Under the pieces are notes generated by a model, which was given only the letters and a program-made list of their open reading frames with translations, was not told the origin of the DNA and did no database searches. From Candidatus Competibacteraceae bacterium (GTDB taxonomy: Bacteria > Pseudomonadota > Gammaproteobacteria > Competibacterales > Competibacteraceae): 64,000 bases of DNA. The position numbers were made by a program, and so were the translations under genes. Below are positions 29,144 to 40,580 of this stretch, in pieces. The stretch's first letter is position 1; every line of letters begins with the position of its first letter. The DNA lies in contig RXIW01000010.1 in NCBI GenBank assembly GCA_003989065.1, positions 1 through 64,000 on the forward strand, given 5' to 3'.

Positions 29144-29617
29144 ATGGAAGCTTTCCTGAGTCTCCGCTGTTTGTTGATCACGGTGCAGGGCGGGCAGCTC
29201 TTCTTGCCGAACAGCTTCGTGGCCGAGGTCCTGCCGTTCGCGACGCCCTTGCGGATCGAAACGGCGCCAAACTGGGTGGTCGGAGCCATGCTGTGGCGGA
29301 ACCTGACCACGCCGCTGGTCAGTCTGGGGCAGCTGATCTTCGATGTGGCGCCCGAGGCCGACATCAACTCCCGCATCATCATCGTCAATGCCCTGGGCAA
29401 CGACTCCAAATTGCCGCACTTTGGCATCCTGGGCACCTCGCCGCCGCGGCCGCTCAACCTGCAGCGCGACGATATCGCCATGAATACCGAGGTCGCCGAA
29501 TCGGCGGCGAAGCGGTTGGGCGTGTTGAGTTGGGCCAGTTACCAGGAACAGCCGGCCGTCATTCCGGATCTGGACGCCATCGAGACAGTACTGCAGCCGC
29601 TGGTTAAACGGGTGTGA
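29144..29617 (+). CDS. chpC: CheW-like protein (ChpC-type)
   Basis: CheW domain. The start is taken at the ATG at 29144 with GAGGTG upstream; the track ORF begins at an in-frame GTG at 29132. It lies immediately after the chpA stop. Confidence 0.7.
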   Translation: MEAFLSLRCLLITVQGGQLFLPNSFVAEVLPFATPLRIETAPNWVVGAMLWRNLTTPLVSLGQLIFDVAPEADINSRIIIVNALGNDSKLPHFGILGTSPPRPLNLQRDDIAMNTEVAESAAKRLGVLSWASYQEQPAVIPDLDAIETVLQPLVKRV

Positions 29618-29645
29618 GCGGTCCCAACCCCTCGTCCGCAATTCC

Positions 29646-32600
29646 ATGCGCTTGAGCAAGATCAAGCTGTCCGGCTTCAAGTCGTTCGTCGATCCCACCG
29701 TGGTGTCTTTGCCGAGCAACCTAGTCGGCATCGTCGGCCCCAACGGGTGCGGTAAATCCAATCTGATCGACGCCATCCGCTGGGTCATGGGCGAAAGCTC
29801 GGCCCGCAGCCTGCGTGGCGAGACCATGAGCGACGTGATCTTCAACGGTGCGGCTCAGCGCAAGCCGGTGGGGCAGGCATCGATCGAACTGGTGTTCGAC
29901 AACAGTGACGGGCGGCTGGGCGGTCCCTGGGCGCGCTACGCCGAACTGGCCATCCGTCGTCTGGTCGGTCGCGACGGGCAGTCCAGCTATTTCCTCAATG
30001 GCAGCCGCTGTCGCCGCCGCGACATCGCCGACATCTTCCTGGGGACCGGACTGGGGCCGCGCAGCTACGCCATCATCGAGCAGGGCACGATCTCGCGGGT
30101 GGTCGAGGCCAAGCCGGAGGAGTTGCGGGTCTTTCTGGAAGAGGCGGCCGGCATCTCCAAGTACAAGGAACGTCGGCGCGAGACGGAAACCCGCATCCGC
30201 CACACCCGCGAGAATCTGGAGCGGCTCGACGACGTGCGCAGCGAGCTGAGCCGACGACTCCAACAGCTGCAACGCCAGGCTCGCGCCGCCGAGCAATACC
30301 GCAGCTACCGCGACGAGGAGCGCCGGTTGCGGGCGGAGTTGTTGACGCTGCGCTGGCGCGATGCCCAGGGCGATATCCTCGACCGCGAACGAATCCTGCG
30401 CCAGCAGGAGACCGCTCTGGAGTCCCTGCTGGCCGAGCAACGTCGATTGGAGGCCGCCCTGGAGTCCGGACGGATACGACGGACGGAGCTGAGCGACCAT
30501 TGCAACGACACTCAGGAGCGTTACTACCAGGCCGGCGCGGAGATCAGCCGGCTCGAACAATATTTGCAGCATCAGCGCGAGCTGCGGGCGCGGCGCGAAG
30601 ACGACTGGCGTCAAACGCTAGCGGCATTGACCGGGATCGAAGCGCAACTCGCACAGGATCGGGACCAGCGGGAATCCTGGCGCGCAGCGCGGGCGGCGGC
30701 CGAACCGGAGCTGGCGCAGACCCGGACGGCGGAGGGCGACGCCGCCGCCGCCCTGAACGCCGCCGAAACCGCGTTACGCGAAGGGCAGGCGGCCTGGGAG
30801 GACTTCAATCGGCGCGATGGTGAAATCCAGCGACAAATCGACCGGGAACGCACCCGCCTCGAGCATCTGGAACGGCAACTGACCCAGGCCGAGCGGCGGT
30901 TGGAACGGCTGCGCAACGAGCAGACTCAGCTGGCGGTAGCCGATCTCGACCAGGAACGGGCGGCGCTGCGCCAAGCCGAACAGGCGGTGACCGAGCGCCT
31001 GCAGCGCGACCAGGCGCATTTGGCCGGCATCGAGACCGAACTGGCCACGATCCGCGAGGAAGGGCAACAAATCGAGTCGCGTCTGCGGGCCGCGCAAGAG
31101 CGGGTCCAGACCCGGCGGGGCCGGCTGACTTCGCTGCACACCCTGCAGGAGGCCGCACTCGGTCGTCGGCAGGGCCAATTGCGCGATTGGCTGCGCGCTC
31201 ACCATTGGGACGACGCGCCGCGCCTGGCCGAGCAATTGGAGGTGGAGCCGGGCTGGGAGGCGGCGGTGGAAACCGCGTTGGCGGGCTGGTTGGACGCAGT
31301 TTGCGTGTCGCAGCTTGATCTGGCGGTGGACGGCGCCGACTTGCCCCAGGATGGCTTGACCTTGTGCGAATCGCCGCAGGAGGGATTGTCGACGGATACG
31401 GCGCAAGAGACCCCAGTCGATGCCCTGGCGACCAAGCTGCGCGCCCGCTGGCCGCTCGCCGGCCTGCTGGATGGGGTGAGAATTGTCCCGTCCATCGCCG
31501 ACGCCTTGCAGCGGCGGGCTGAGTTGCCAACGGGTGAAACGCTGGTTACCCCGGACGGCGTGCTATGCGGCCGTCACTGGTTGCGGCTGCGGCGCGGCCA
31601 CGACGACAGCGTGCTGGTGCGGGAACGGGAAATTCACCAGTTGGAGGCGACCCAGGCCGAGGAGACTGCAGCCTTGGAGCAGCTGACGGCGCAGGCCGAA
31701 CAGTTACGGGTTCGTCAGCATGCGCTGGAACAAGGGCTGCGGCGCGAGTGGCAGCCGGCGGTCAATCAGGGCCATCGCGAACAGGCCCGCGTACAGGGCG
31801 AGCTGAAGGCGGCCCAGGCCAAGTGGGAGCAGAGCTGCGCCCGCCGCGCCGCGCTGGCCGAGGAGCAGTCCGAACTGGATGGGCAATGCGAGCAGGATCG
31901 AGCGCAGGCGGCCAGTGCGCGAGCGCAGCTGGCCACCGCGACGCAGGCGGCGGAAGCTTTGCGCAGCGAACGGGTAGCGCGGCAGGCGGAACGGGATCGG
32001 CGGCATGAGGTCGTTCGGCAATGTCGCGCCCAGTTGGAGCGCGCCCGCCAGACGACTGCCCGGCAAACGGCTGCGCTGGAAACCCTGCGGGTGCGGTTGA
32101 CGGCCGTCGATCAGGCCCTGGACCGATTGGCGGCGCAGGGTGAGCAGTTGCTGGCGCGTCGCGACCAGCTGGATGCGGAACGGGCGGCCGATGACGGTGC
32201 GGCACTAGCGGCCGCCGAGCGGGAACTGGCCGTTCACCTGGAAACGCGGCTGGCCGTCGAGGCGGAATTGCGGGCGGTGCGCCAGGACCTCGAAGCCCAG
32301 GACAGCGCGTTGCACGAGGGTGAACAGACCCGTGTCCACTGCGAACGCCAGGCCGAGGCGCAACGCGGACAGATCGAGGCGTTACGGCTGGCCTTGGGCG
32401 AGGCGCGGGTACGGCAGCAGACGCTGTGCGAGCAGTTGCGCGAGCTGGGCGCCGAGCCGGAAGCGTTGCTGTCCACCTTGTCGGCGGTCGCGGCCGAGAG
32501 CGAGTGGCTGGCCCGGCTGGAGCAGGTCGAACGGCGCATCCAGCGCCTGGGGCCGATCAATTTGATGGCGATCGAGGAATTCGCCCAGCTGTCGGAGCGC

Positions 32601-33164
32601 AAGAATTATCTGGACGCCCAGAACGCCGACTTGCTGGAGGCGCTGACGACCTTGGAAAACGCCATGCGCAAGATCGATCGGGAAACCCGGACTCGGTTCC
32701 GCGATACCTTCGAGCGGGTCAATGCCGGGCTGGGAGAGCTGTTCCCGCGGCTGTTCGGCGGCGGCCAGGCCCATCTGGAGCTGACCGGCGAAGACGCGCT
32801 GGACACCGGGGTGGCCATCATGGCCAAGCCGCCGGGTAAGCGGATCGGGTCGATCAGCCTGCTGTCCGGCGGCGAGAAGGCCCTGACCGCCGTGGCGCTG
32901 GTGTTTGCCATCTTCCAGCTCAATCCGGCGCCGTTCTGCCTGCTGGACGAGGTGGACGCGCCGCTGGACGAGGCCAATGTCGGTCGCTTCGGCGCACTGG
33001 TCCGGGACATGTCGGCCCAGGTCCAGTTCATCTTCGTCACTCACAACAAGGCGACCATGGAAATCGCCCAGCATCTGACCGGCGTGACCATGCAGGAACC
33101 GGGGGTGTCGCGCCTGGTGGCGGTCGATGTCGAGGAGGCGGCGCGCTTGGCCATGGTCAGCTGA
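29646..33164 (+). CDS. smc: chromosome partition protein Smc
   Basis: 1172 aa. N-terminal Walker A GPNGCGKSN, long coiled coils and a hinge, then the C-terminal signature LSGGEKALTAVALVFAIF and Walker B LLDEVDAPLD. Confidence 0.9.
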   Translation: MRLSKIKLSGFKSFVDPTVVSLPSNLVGIVGPNGCGKSNLIDAIRWVMGESSARSLRGETMSDVIFNGAAQRKPVGQASIELVFDNSDGRLGGPWARYAELAIRRLVGRDGQSSYFLNGSRCRRRDIADIFLGTGLGPRSYAIIEQGTISRVVEAKPEELRVFLEEAAGISKYKERRRETETRIRHTRENLERLDDVRSELSRRLQQLQRQARAAEQYRSYRDEERRLRAELLTLRWRDAQGDILDRERILRQQETALESLLAEQRRLEAALESGRIRRTELSDHCNDTQERYYQAGAEISRLEQYLQHQRELRARREDDWRQTLAALTGIEAQLAQDRDQRESWRAARAAAEPELAQTRTAEGDAAAALNAAETALREGQAAWEDFNRRDGEIQRQIDRERTRLEHLERQLTQAERRLERLRNEQTQLAVADLDQERAALRQAEQAVTERLQRDQAHLAGIETELATIREEGQQIESRLRAAQERVQTRRGRLTSLHTLQEAALGRRQGQLRDWLRAHHWDDAPRLAEQLEVEPGWEAAVETALAGWLDAVCVSQLDLAVDGADLPQDGLTLCESPQEGLSTDTAQETPVDALATKLRARWPLAGLLDGVRIVPSIADALQRRAELPTGETLVTPDGVLCGRHWLRLRRGHDDSVLVREREIHQLEATQAEETAALEQLTAQAEQLRVRQHALEQGLRREWQPAVNQGHREQARVQGELKAAQAKWEQSCARRAALAEEQSELDGQCEQDRAQAASARAQLATATQAAEALRSERVARQAERDRRHEVVRQCRAQLERARQTTARQTAALETLRVRLTAVDQALDRLAAQGEQLLARRDQLDAERAADDGAALAAAERELAVHLETRLAVEAELRAVRQDLEAQDSALHEGEQTRVHCERQAEAQRGQIEALRLALGEARVRQQTLCEQLRELGAEPEALLSTLSAVAAESEWLARLEQVERRIQRLGPINLMAIEEFAQLSERKNYLDAQNADLLEALTTLENAMRKIDRETRTRFRDTFERVNAGLGELFPRLFGGGQAHLELTGEDALDTGVAIMAKPPGKRIGSISLLSGGEKALTAVALVFAIFQLNPAPFCLLDEVDAPLDEANVGRFGALVRDMSAQVQFIFVTHNKATMEIAQHLTGVTMQEPGVSRLVAVDVEEAARLAMVS

Positions 33165-33276
33165 TGGGCCTGGCGTCTCGATTGCGCGATGGACGGCGGT
33201 GGGCGTGCTCTGCCGGTCGGCTCCTCGTGCTACACTCTCCAAGGTGAATCTCACCCTTTGCAAAAGGTCCGACGCC

Positions 33277-33603
33277 ATGCGTTCCTTAATGGTCACCAGA
33301 GGCATCACCCTGATTTTGACCGCTATTCTGACTTTGACAGCCCCGTTGACGATGGCGGAAGAGGGCGGCCCCAATGCGCCGGCCAGCCCGGATCTGATGG
33401 CCGCCGACATGTTGCTGGCCAGACCGGCGGGCGTGGTGGCCACGGTGTTGGGTTCGGCGATCTTCATCGTCGGGCTGCCCTTCACCTTGATCAGTGGCAG
33501 CACCGATCAGGCGGCTCAGCAACTGATGCAGAAACCGGCCAATTACACCTTCAGCCGCCCCATGGGTCAGGATGTCGGGGGCTTGGGCAATCCGCAACAC
33601 TGA
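33277..33603 (+). CDS. small membrane protein, unknown function
   Basis: 108 aa from the ATG at 33277, with two predicted TM helices. No family recognised. Confidence 0.4.
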   Translation: MRSLMVTRGITLILTAILTLTAPLTMAEEGGPNAPASPDLMAADMLLARPAGVVATVLGSAIFIVGLPFTLISGSTDQAAQQLMQKPANYTFSRPMGQDVGGLGNPQH

Positions 33604-33672
33604 CGGCGATCGGCGGCTTGGCAGCGGTCGCCGGATACGGGCCGCGACCGCCGGTCCGCCGCCTTCCGGCCG

Positions 33673-34438
33673 TCAATCGCCTTCGTTGAGTTGGTTCAGC
33701 TCATCGAACTGGGGCGCGATCACGAATTTGCCGGTCTTGTCGATATAGCCCCACTTTTCTTTCACCTGAACCGCCGCCAATCCGTCCGAGAAGCCTTGCG
33801 CCTGATCGAACTGCGCGGGAATCGCCATTTGTCCAGTCTTGTCGATATAGCCATAGCGGCATTCGGACACAACCATTTCGTCGCCCAGCTTCTGGGCTTC
33901 GTCGGGACTGACCGCGACGAACTTGCCGCCCTTGTCCAGATAGCCGTACTTGCATTCGTTCGGCACGGCGGCCAGCCCATCGGAAAACACGGCGTAGTCC
34001 TCGAACCGGGGTTCGATCACGACCTTGCCGGTCTTGTCGATATAGCCCCACTTGTTCTTGGCCTGGATCGGCGCCAAGCCGTCGGAGAAAGAAGCGACGT
34101 GCTCGAATTGAGGCTGGATGACCATTTTGCCGCTCGGGTCGATAAAGCCCCACTTGTCCTTGACCAGCACGGCCGCGAGACCTTCGGAAAAACCGAGCGC
34201 CTCGTCGAATTGCGGCGGCACGATGGCCTTGCCGGTCTTGTCGATGAAGCCGAACTGGTAGTTCTTGTCTCCCTTCTTGTAGACGATCGCGATCCCTTCC
34301 GAGAACTCGCTGATCGACGAGCGATCGCCTTCTGCTTCCGCTTTGGCTGTCTCCACCGCGCTGCTCTGGCCGGCCCAGCCAGCCAGAGCAGCAAGAGCGA
34401 TGGACGCGGCAACGATTCGGTAACTCAAGGGAATGAAC
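33673..34438 (-). CDS. secreted WG-repeat (KWGYID) protein
   Basis: Signal peptide MFIPLSYRIVAASIALAALAGWAGQSSA (start near 34438 with a GGAGA Shine-Dalgarno; the alternative ATG at 34477 is less likely). Six tandem copies of a ~35-aa repeat containing KWG(F/Y)ID(K/P)(T/S)GK. Confidence 0.6.
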
Positions 34439-34628
34439 ATCACGTTTCTCCGGTTCGCTACTTCATGTTCGTGGTTCATGTTCACGGGCTGCGCCCATCT
34501 GGCCTGCGCGGTGGGACCCATGTGGGCCAACGAGGGCGGGGGCATTGCGAGAACACGCTGCGCATTTAGTGTACTCTGAAGCATCATGAGAGGAATTTTC
34601 CCCAACGGCTCGGAATCCATTAAGCTAG

Positions 34629-35405
<777 letters not shown>

Positions 35406-35469
35406 CTATTTGTTACTACTAGACTGTTCGGTTCAAACTGATCAGCGATGAATCCGGAGAAATCCCTGC

Positions 35470-35754
35470 ATGGCCCGAATTACCGTTGAAGATTGCCTCG
35501 ACCGGGTGGACAACCGCTTCGAGCTGGTGCTGATCGCCGCGCGCCGCGCCCGTGATCTGGCCCTTGGCAAGGAAGCGCTGGTGCCCTGGGAAAACGACAA
35601 GCCGACCGTCGTCGCCCTGCGGGAGCTGGCTGAAGGCAAGCTCGATTATCTGGTCAAGGAAAAGTACGCGCGCCCCGGCTCGCCGCCATCCGAACCCGAA
35701 CTCGAGCCGATCGCCGCTGCGTCCGACGATATCGCAGCCGAAACGGACGAATAG
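35470..35754 (+). CDS. rpoZ: DNA-directed RNA polymerase subunit omega
   Basis: [36 protein letters not shown] Shine-Dalgarno. Confidence 0.9.
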   Translation: MARITVEDCLDRVDNRFELVLIAARRARDLALGKEALVPWENDKPTVVALRELAEGKLDYLVKEKYARPGSPPSEPELEPIAAASDDIAAETDE

Positions 35755-35783
35755 CGACCGACGTCGGTAGCAGGAGATCGCCA

Positions 35784-37988
35784 GTGTTAAGCACGCCGCT
35801 GCGGGACCAGAATGTCATTCAACAGCTTCCCCACCTGACTGTCGACAGCGAGTGGCTGGATGATCTGCATCTCCGCATCGACGATCTGTGCACGATCGCC
35901 GGCGAATACCTGGAGCCAGCCCAGGTCGAGCGCCTGCGCGACGCCTGCTATTTCGCCACCGAAGCCCACGCCGGCATCTATCGCAAGAGCGGCGAACCGT
36001 ACATCTTTCACCCGCTGGCTGTCGCCCGCATCCTCGCCAACGTCCGTTTCGACCACGAAACCCTGCAGGCGGCCCTGCTGCACGACGTCATCGAGGATAC
36101 CCATTACAGCAAGGAACAGCTCAGCAGTCGCTTCGGCCCGGAAGTCGCCGGCCTGGTAGACGGCGTCAGCAAGCTGACTCAGATCCAGTTCAATTCCAAG
36201 CGGGAAGCGCAGGCCGAAAACTTCCGCAAGATGTTCCTGGCGATGGCCAACGACCTGCGGGTCATCATGATCAAGCTGGCCGACCGTCTGCACAACATGC
36301 GCACCTTGGGGGCGATGCGCCCGGAATCGCGTCGTCGCATCGCCCGCGAAACCCTGGAGATCTACGCCCCGATCGCTGGCCGGCTGGGCATGAACCACCT
36401 GCGCCAGGAGCTGGAGAATCTCGGTTTCAGCCATCTCTATCCCATGCGTTTTCGGGTGTTGCAGGACACGGTGCGCAAGATGAGCGGCAATCGCCGCGAA
36501 ATCGTCGGCCAACTGGAAACCCGTATTCAGACCCGTCTGGACGACGAGGGCATCAAGGCCCGGGTGGTGGGGCGCGGCAAGCATTTGTGGGGCATCTATC
36601 AGAAGATGCGCACCAAGCACCTGCCGTTCCGGGATGTCCACGACGTCTACGCAGTGCGGATCATCGTCGACGCGGTGGATACCTGCTACCGCGCGCTGGG
36701 GGCGATGCACAATCTGTACAAGCCGTTCATGGGGCGGTTCAAGGACTACATTGCCATCCCCAAGGCCAATGGCTACCAGTCGCTGCATACGGTTCTGTTC
36801 GGACCCAACGGCGTGCCGATCGAGGTGCAGATCCGCACCGAAGAAATGCACATCATGGCCGAGGTCGGCGTTGCCGCGCACTGGCGCTATAAGTCCGGCA
36901 GCGACAGCCAGGGCAGCCACGCCCAGCAACGCGCGCGCGAATGGCTGCAGAAACTACTGGACATGCAACGCCGCGCTGGCAATCCGGTGGAATTCCTGGA
37001 AAGCGTCAAAATCGACCTGTTCCCCGACGAGATCTACGTCTTCACCCCACGCGGCGAGATCATCGAACTGCCGCGCGGGGCCACCGCGGTCGATTTCGCC
37101 TATGCCATTCATTCCGACGTCGGCAACACCTGTGTCGGCGCCAAGGTCGACCGGCGTCTGGTGCCGTTGCGCACCCCACTCAACAATGGCCAGACCGTCG
37201 AAGTCGTCATCACTCCCACCGCGCGTCCCAATCCCGCCTGGCTCAATTTCGTGGTCACCGCCAAGGCCCGCGCCAGCATCCGCCACTACCTCAAGCATCT
37301 CCAGCGCGAGGAGGCGATCCTGCTCGGCAAGCGCCTGCTGGAAAAGGCCCTGGCGGGTCGGATCGGCGGGCTGAGCGAGTTGCCGGTCGAAGCGGTGCGG
37401 GCGCTGATCCAGGAACTGAAGCTGGTCAGCTTCGATGATCTGCTGGCCGACATCGGTCTGGGCAACCGGGTCGCGGCCCTGATCGCCAAGCAACTGCTGC
37501 CCGACGAAGAGGACGAGGTCACCACCTCGCCGGACGCCAGCGCCCAGCCTCTGCTGATCAAGGGCACCGAGGGCACGGTGGTCAGTTTCGGCAAATGTTG
37601 CCGGCCGTTGCCGGGCGATCCCATCATCGGCTATCTCAACGCGGGTCGCGGCATCGTCATCCACCGTGACAACTGCAAGAACGTCACCAGCTACAAGAAA
37701 TCGCCCGAGAAATGGATCGAGGTGGAGTGGGAGCAGAACATCACCTCCGACTTCAGCGTCGAATTGCGGCTCGATGTGATCAACAAGCGTGGAGTGCTGG
37801 CCACCATCGCAGCGGCCATCTCCGCCACCGACACCAACATCGAGACCATCAACACCTCGGAGCGAGACGGCAACACCACCATCGTTTACCTGTTGCTCAA
37901 CGTCCGCGACCGGGCGCATCTGGCGCGGGTGATGCGTCGCCTGCGCACCCTGCCTGAGGCGCTGAGACTGGCCCGGCGCAACAACTGA
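35784..37988 (+). CDS. spoT: bifunctional (p)ppGpp synthetase/hydrolase
   Basis: 734 aa with HD hydrolase (HDVIEDT), RelA/SpoT synthetase, TGS and ACT domains. Probable GTG start. The gmk-rpoZ-spoT-ridA-recG order matches E. coli. Confidence 0.9.
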   Translation: MLSTPLRDQNVIQQLPHLTVDSEWLDDLHLRIDDLCTIAGEYLEPAQVERLRDACYFATEAHAGIYRKSGEPYIFHPLAVARILANVRFDHETLQAALLHDVIEDTHYSKEQLSSRFGPEVAGLVDGVSKLTQIQFNSKREAQAENFRKMFLAMANDLRVIMIKLADRLHNMRTLGAMRPESRRRIARETLEIYAPIAGRLGMNHLRQELENLGFSHLYPMRFRVLQDTVRKMSGNRREIVGQLETRIQTRLDDEGIKARVVGRGKHLWGIYQKMRTKHLPFRDVHDVYAVRIIVDAVDTCYRALGAMHNLYKPFMGRFKDYIAIPKANGYQSLHTVLFGPNGVPIEVQIRTEEMHIMAEVGVAAHWRYKSGSDSQGSHAQQRAREWLQKLLDMQRRAGNPVEFLESVKIDLFPDEIYVFTPRGEIIELPRGATAVDFAYAIHSDVGNTCVGAKVDRRLVPLRTPLNNGQTVEVVITPTARPNPAWLNFVVTAKARASIRHYLKHLQREEAILLGKRLLEKALAGRIGGLSELPVEAVRALIQELKLVSFDDLLADIGLGNRVAALIAKQLLPDEEDEVTTSPDASAQPLLIKGTEGTVVSFGKCCRPLPGDPIIGYLNAGRGIVIHRDNCKNVTSYKKSPEKWIEVEWEQNITSDFSVELRLDVINKRGVLATIAAAISATDTNIETINTSERDGNTTIVYLLLNVRDRAHLARVMRRLRTLPEALRLARRNN

Positions 37989-38070
37989 CGCGGGGCAAGC
38001 ATCGCATCCATCTGTCATCCTTCCCCTGCGCCCATCGCCCCTGCCGGGGCCATGCCAAGGAACACCGATC

Positions 38071-38457
38071 ATGCCGCGCGAAATCATCAAGACCGATCAG
38101 GCTCCCGCCGCCATTGGTACCTATTCCCAAGCGATCAAGGTGGGTCACACCGTCTACCTGTCCGGGCAGATTCCGCTCGACCCGACCACCATGCAGTTGG
38201 TGGAAGGCAGCATGGAGGCCCAGATTCATCAGGTGTTCAACAATCTGGCGGCGGTAGCGCGCGCTGCCGGCGGTCACTTGGCCGATACGGTCAAGCTCAA
38301 TGTATTCCTGACCGATCTCGGCCATTTCGCCTTGATCAACCAGATCATGGCCGAGTATTTCCAGGAACCCTATCCAGCGCGGGCCGCCATCGGTGTCGCC
38401 GCCCTGCCTCGTGGCGCTCAGGTTGAAATGGACGCGGTGCTGGTGCTGGAGCGCTAG
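38071..38457 (+). CDS. ridA: RidA/YjgF family reactive-enamine deaminase
   Basis: 128 aa. [32 protein letters not shown] is the classic RidA N-terminus. Confidence 0.85.
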   Translation: MPREIIKTDQAPAAIGTYSQAIKVGHTVYLSGQIPLDPTTMQLVEGSMEAQIHQVFNNLAAVARAAGGHLADTVKLNVFLTDLGHFALINQIMAEYFQEPYPARAAIGVAALPRGAQVEMDAVLVLER

Positions 38458-38462
38458 CGACC

Positions 38463-40562
38463 GTGGCGAATCCGGCCCGACCATTGCCCACCGAGCCGGT
38501 TCCAGTCACTGCCTTGAAAGGCGTTGGGCCACGCCTGGCCGAACGATTGCAGCGGCTGGGGATTCGCACCGCCGAAGACGTGCTGCTGCATCTGCCGACG
38601 CGCTATCAGGATCGCACCCGTCTGACCCCGATCGCGCGCTTGCAAGCCGGGGACGAAGCCCAGATCGAGGCTGAGGTGGTTGGCAGCGAGGTGGCAGGGC
38701 GCAGCCGACGTTTTCTGCTCTGTCATGTGGCTGACGGCACCGGGGTCCTGACCCTACGCTTCTTTCATTTCAGCCCGGCCCAGCAACAATGGCTGTGTCA
38801 AACCGGTGCGCGCTTGCGCTGCTTCGGCGAGGTCCGGCAAGGTCAAACGGCTTTGGAGATGATCCATCCCGAATGTCGGCGGATCGGGACGGACGCGCCG
38901 CCGGTGACCGATCGGTTGACGCCGGTCTATCCCACCACCGCCGGTCTGCAACAGTTCACCCTGCGCAATCTGGCCGAACAGGCCCTGGCTCAGCTGGACG
39001 AGTTTTCCCTGCTGCCGGAATGGTTACCGTCGGCCTTGCGGACGCCGTTTCAGTTGCCGCCTATTCCCGAGGCGGTGCGGCTGTTGCATCAGCCGCCGGC
39101 CGACACTGCCCTGGCTGAGCTGGAAAGCGGTCGTCATCCCGCCCGGCGGCGGCTGGCTTTCGAGGAGCTGTTGGCTCATCAACTCAGTCTGCGTCGGTTG
39201 CGTGAGCGGATGCGGCGACAGGCCGCACCACCGCTAGCGGGCAACGGCGGTCTACGTCGCCGTCTGCGGGAACGTCTGCCTTTTTCCCTGACCGCCGCCC
39301 AACAGCGCGTGCTGGAAGACATCGACGCCGATCTGAGCCAGCCACGACCGATGTTGCGTCTGTTGCAGGGGGATGTCGGTTCCGGCAAGACGGTGGTCGC
39401 CGCCTTCGCCGCACTCCAAGCGGTCGAGACCGGTGCCCAGGCCGCGTTGATGGCCCCCACCGAACTGCTGGCCGAACAGCATTACCGCAATTTCCACCAC
39501 TGGTTGGGCGAGCTGGGGGTGGAGGTGGCCTGGTTGACTGGACGCCTGGTCGGCAAGGCCCGGCGGAGGCTGCTGGAACGGCTGGCCGCCGGCGATATTC
39601 ACATCGCGGTCGGCACCCATGCCCTGTTCCAGGAGGATGTCGCCTTCGCCGCGCTGGCGCTGGCGATCGTCGACGAACAACATCGCTTCGGCGTCCATCA
39701 GCGGCTGGCGTTGCGCGAGAAGGGTCGGCAGGGCGACAGCTGCCCGCATCAGCTGATCATGACCGCCACGCCGATTCCCCGTACTTTGGCCATGAGCGCC
39801 TACGCCGATCTGGACACCTCGGTGATCGACGAGCTGCCTCCGGGCCGACTGCCGGTGAAAACGGTCGTCGTGCCCGACAACCGCCGCGAGGAGGTCGCCG
39901 CCCGCATCCGCCAGGCTTGCCGCAGCGGTCGGCAAGCCTACTGGGTCTGCCCGCTGATCGAAGAGTCCGAAGTCCTGCAATGCCAGGCGGCCGCCGTCAC
40001 CGCCGAGCGCCTGACCGAACTGCTGCCGGAGCTGCGTATCGGCCTGGTGCATGGCCGGTTGCCGCCCAACGTCAAGGAAGCCGTGATGGCAACCTTCAAG
40101 CGCGGCGAATTCGATCTGCTGGTTGCCACCACGGTGATCGAAGTCGGCGTCGATGTGCCCAACGCCAGTCTAATGATCATCGAGAACGCCGAACGGCTGG
40201 GTTTGGCGCAACTGCATCAATTGCGCGGTCGGGTCGGGCGCGGGGCCGCCGCGAGCAGCTGCGTGCTGCTCTATCGCCCGCCGCTGTCGGATGTTGCCTA
40301 CCGTCGGTTGGCGGTGCTGCGGGAGAGCTGCGACGGCTTCGAAATTGCCCGCCGCGATTTGGAGTTGCGCGGTCCCGGCGAGGTGCTCGGCACCCGCCAG
40401 ACCGGGGAGCAGACCCTGCGGGTGGCCGATCTGCTGCGTGATCAAGACCTGTTGGACGCGGCCCGCTACACTGCCGACCGCCTGTTGCGCGACCATCCGA
40501 CCTGCGTGGAGCCCTTGATCCGACGCTGGATCGGCAGTGGCGCGCGTTACGGCGAGGTATGA
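38463..40562 (+). CDS. recG: ATP-dependent DNA helicase RecG
   Basis: 699 aa with a wedge domain followed by the DEAD/DEAH helicase motifs (GDVGSGKT, DEQHRFG, the LIMTATPIPRTL region, QLHQLRGRVGRG). Confidence 0.9.
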   Translation: MANPARPLPTEPVPVTALKGVGPRLAERLQRLGIRTAEDVLLHLPTRYQDRTRLTPIARLQAGDEAQIEAEVVGSEVAGRSRRFLLCHVADGTGVLTLRFFHFSPAQQQWLCQTGARLRCFGEVRQGQTALEMIHPECRRIGTDAPPVTDRLTPVYPTTAGLQQFTLRNLAEQALAQLDEFSLLPEWLPSALRTPFQLPPIPEAVRLLHQPPADTALAELESGRHPARRRLAFEELLAHQLSLRRLRERMRRQAAPPLAGNGGLRRRLRERLPFSLTAAQQRVLEDIDADLSQPRPMLRLLQGDVGSGKTVVAAFAALQAVETGAQAALMAPTELLAEQHYRNFHHWLGELGVEVAWLTGRLVGKARRRLLERLAAGDIHIAVGTHALFQEDVAFAALALAIVDEQHRFGVHQRLALREKGRQGDSCPHQLIMTATPIPRTLAMSAYADLDTSVIDELPPGRLPVKTVVVPDNRREEVAARIRQACRSGRQAYWVCPLIEESEVLQCQAAAVTAERLTELLPELRIGLVHGRLPPNVKEAVMATFKRGEFDLLVATTVIEVGVDVPNASLMIIENAERLGLAQLHQLRGRVGRGAAASSCVLLYRPPLSDVAYRRLAVLRESCDGFEIARRDLELRGPGEVLGTRQTGEQTLRVADLLRDQDLLDAARYTADRLLRDHPTCVEPLIRRWIGSGARYGEV

Positions 40563-40580
40563 GCAGGCAGCGGGTCCGGC

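Noticed and set aside
27868-29481. Long minus-strand ORF (537 aa) and many other 150-750-aa ORFs antisense to chpA, smc, glgP, pyrG, eno, truD/DGC (e.g. 51849..54119-, 42557..44353-, 46044..47387-)
   Set aside because: High GC suppresses stop codons on all frames. These ORFs have no recognisable motifs, skewed Arg/Ala/Gly/Pro composition, and overlap well-supported conserved genes on the other strand.
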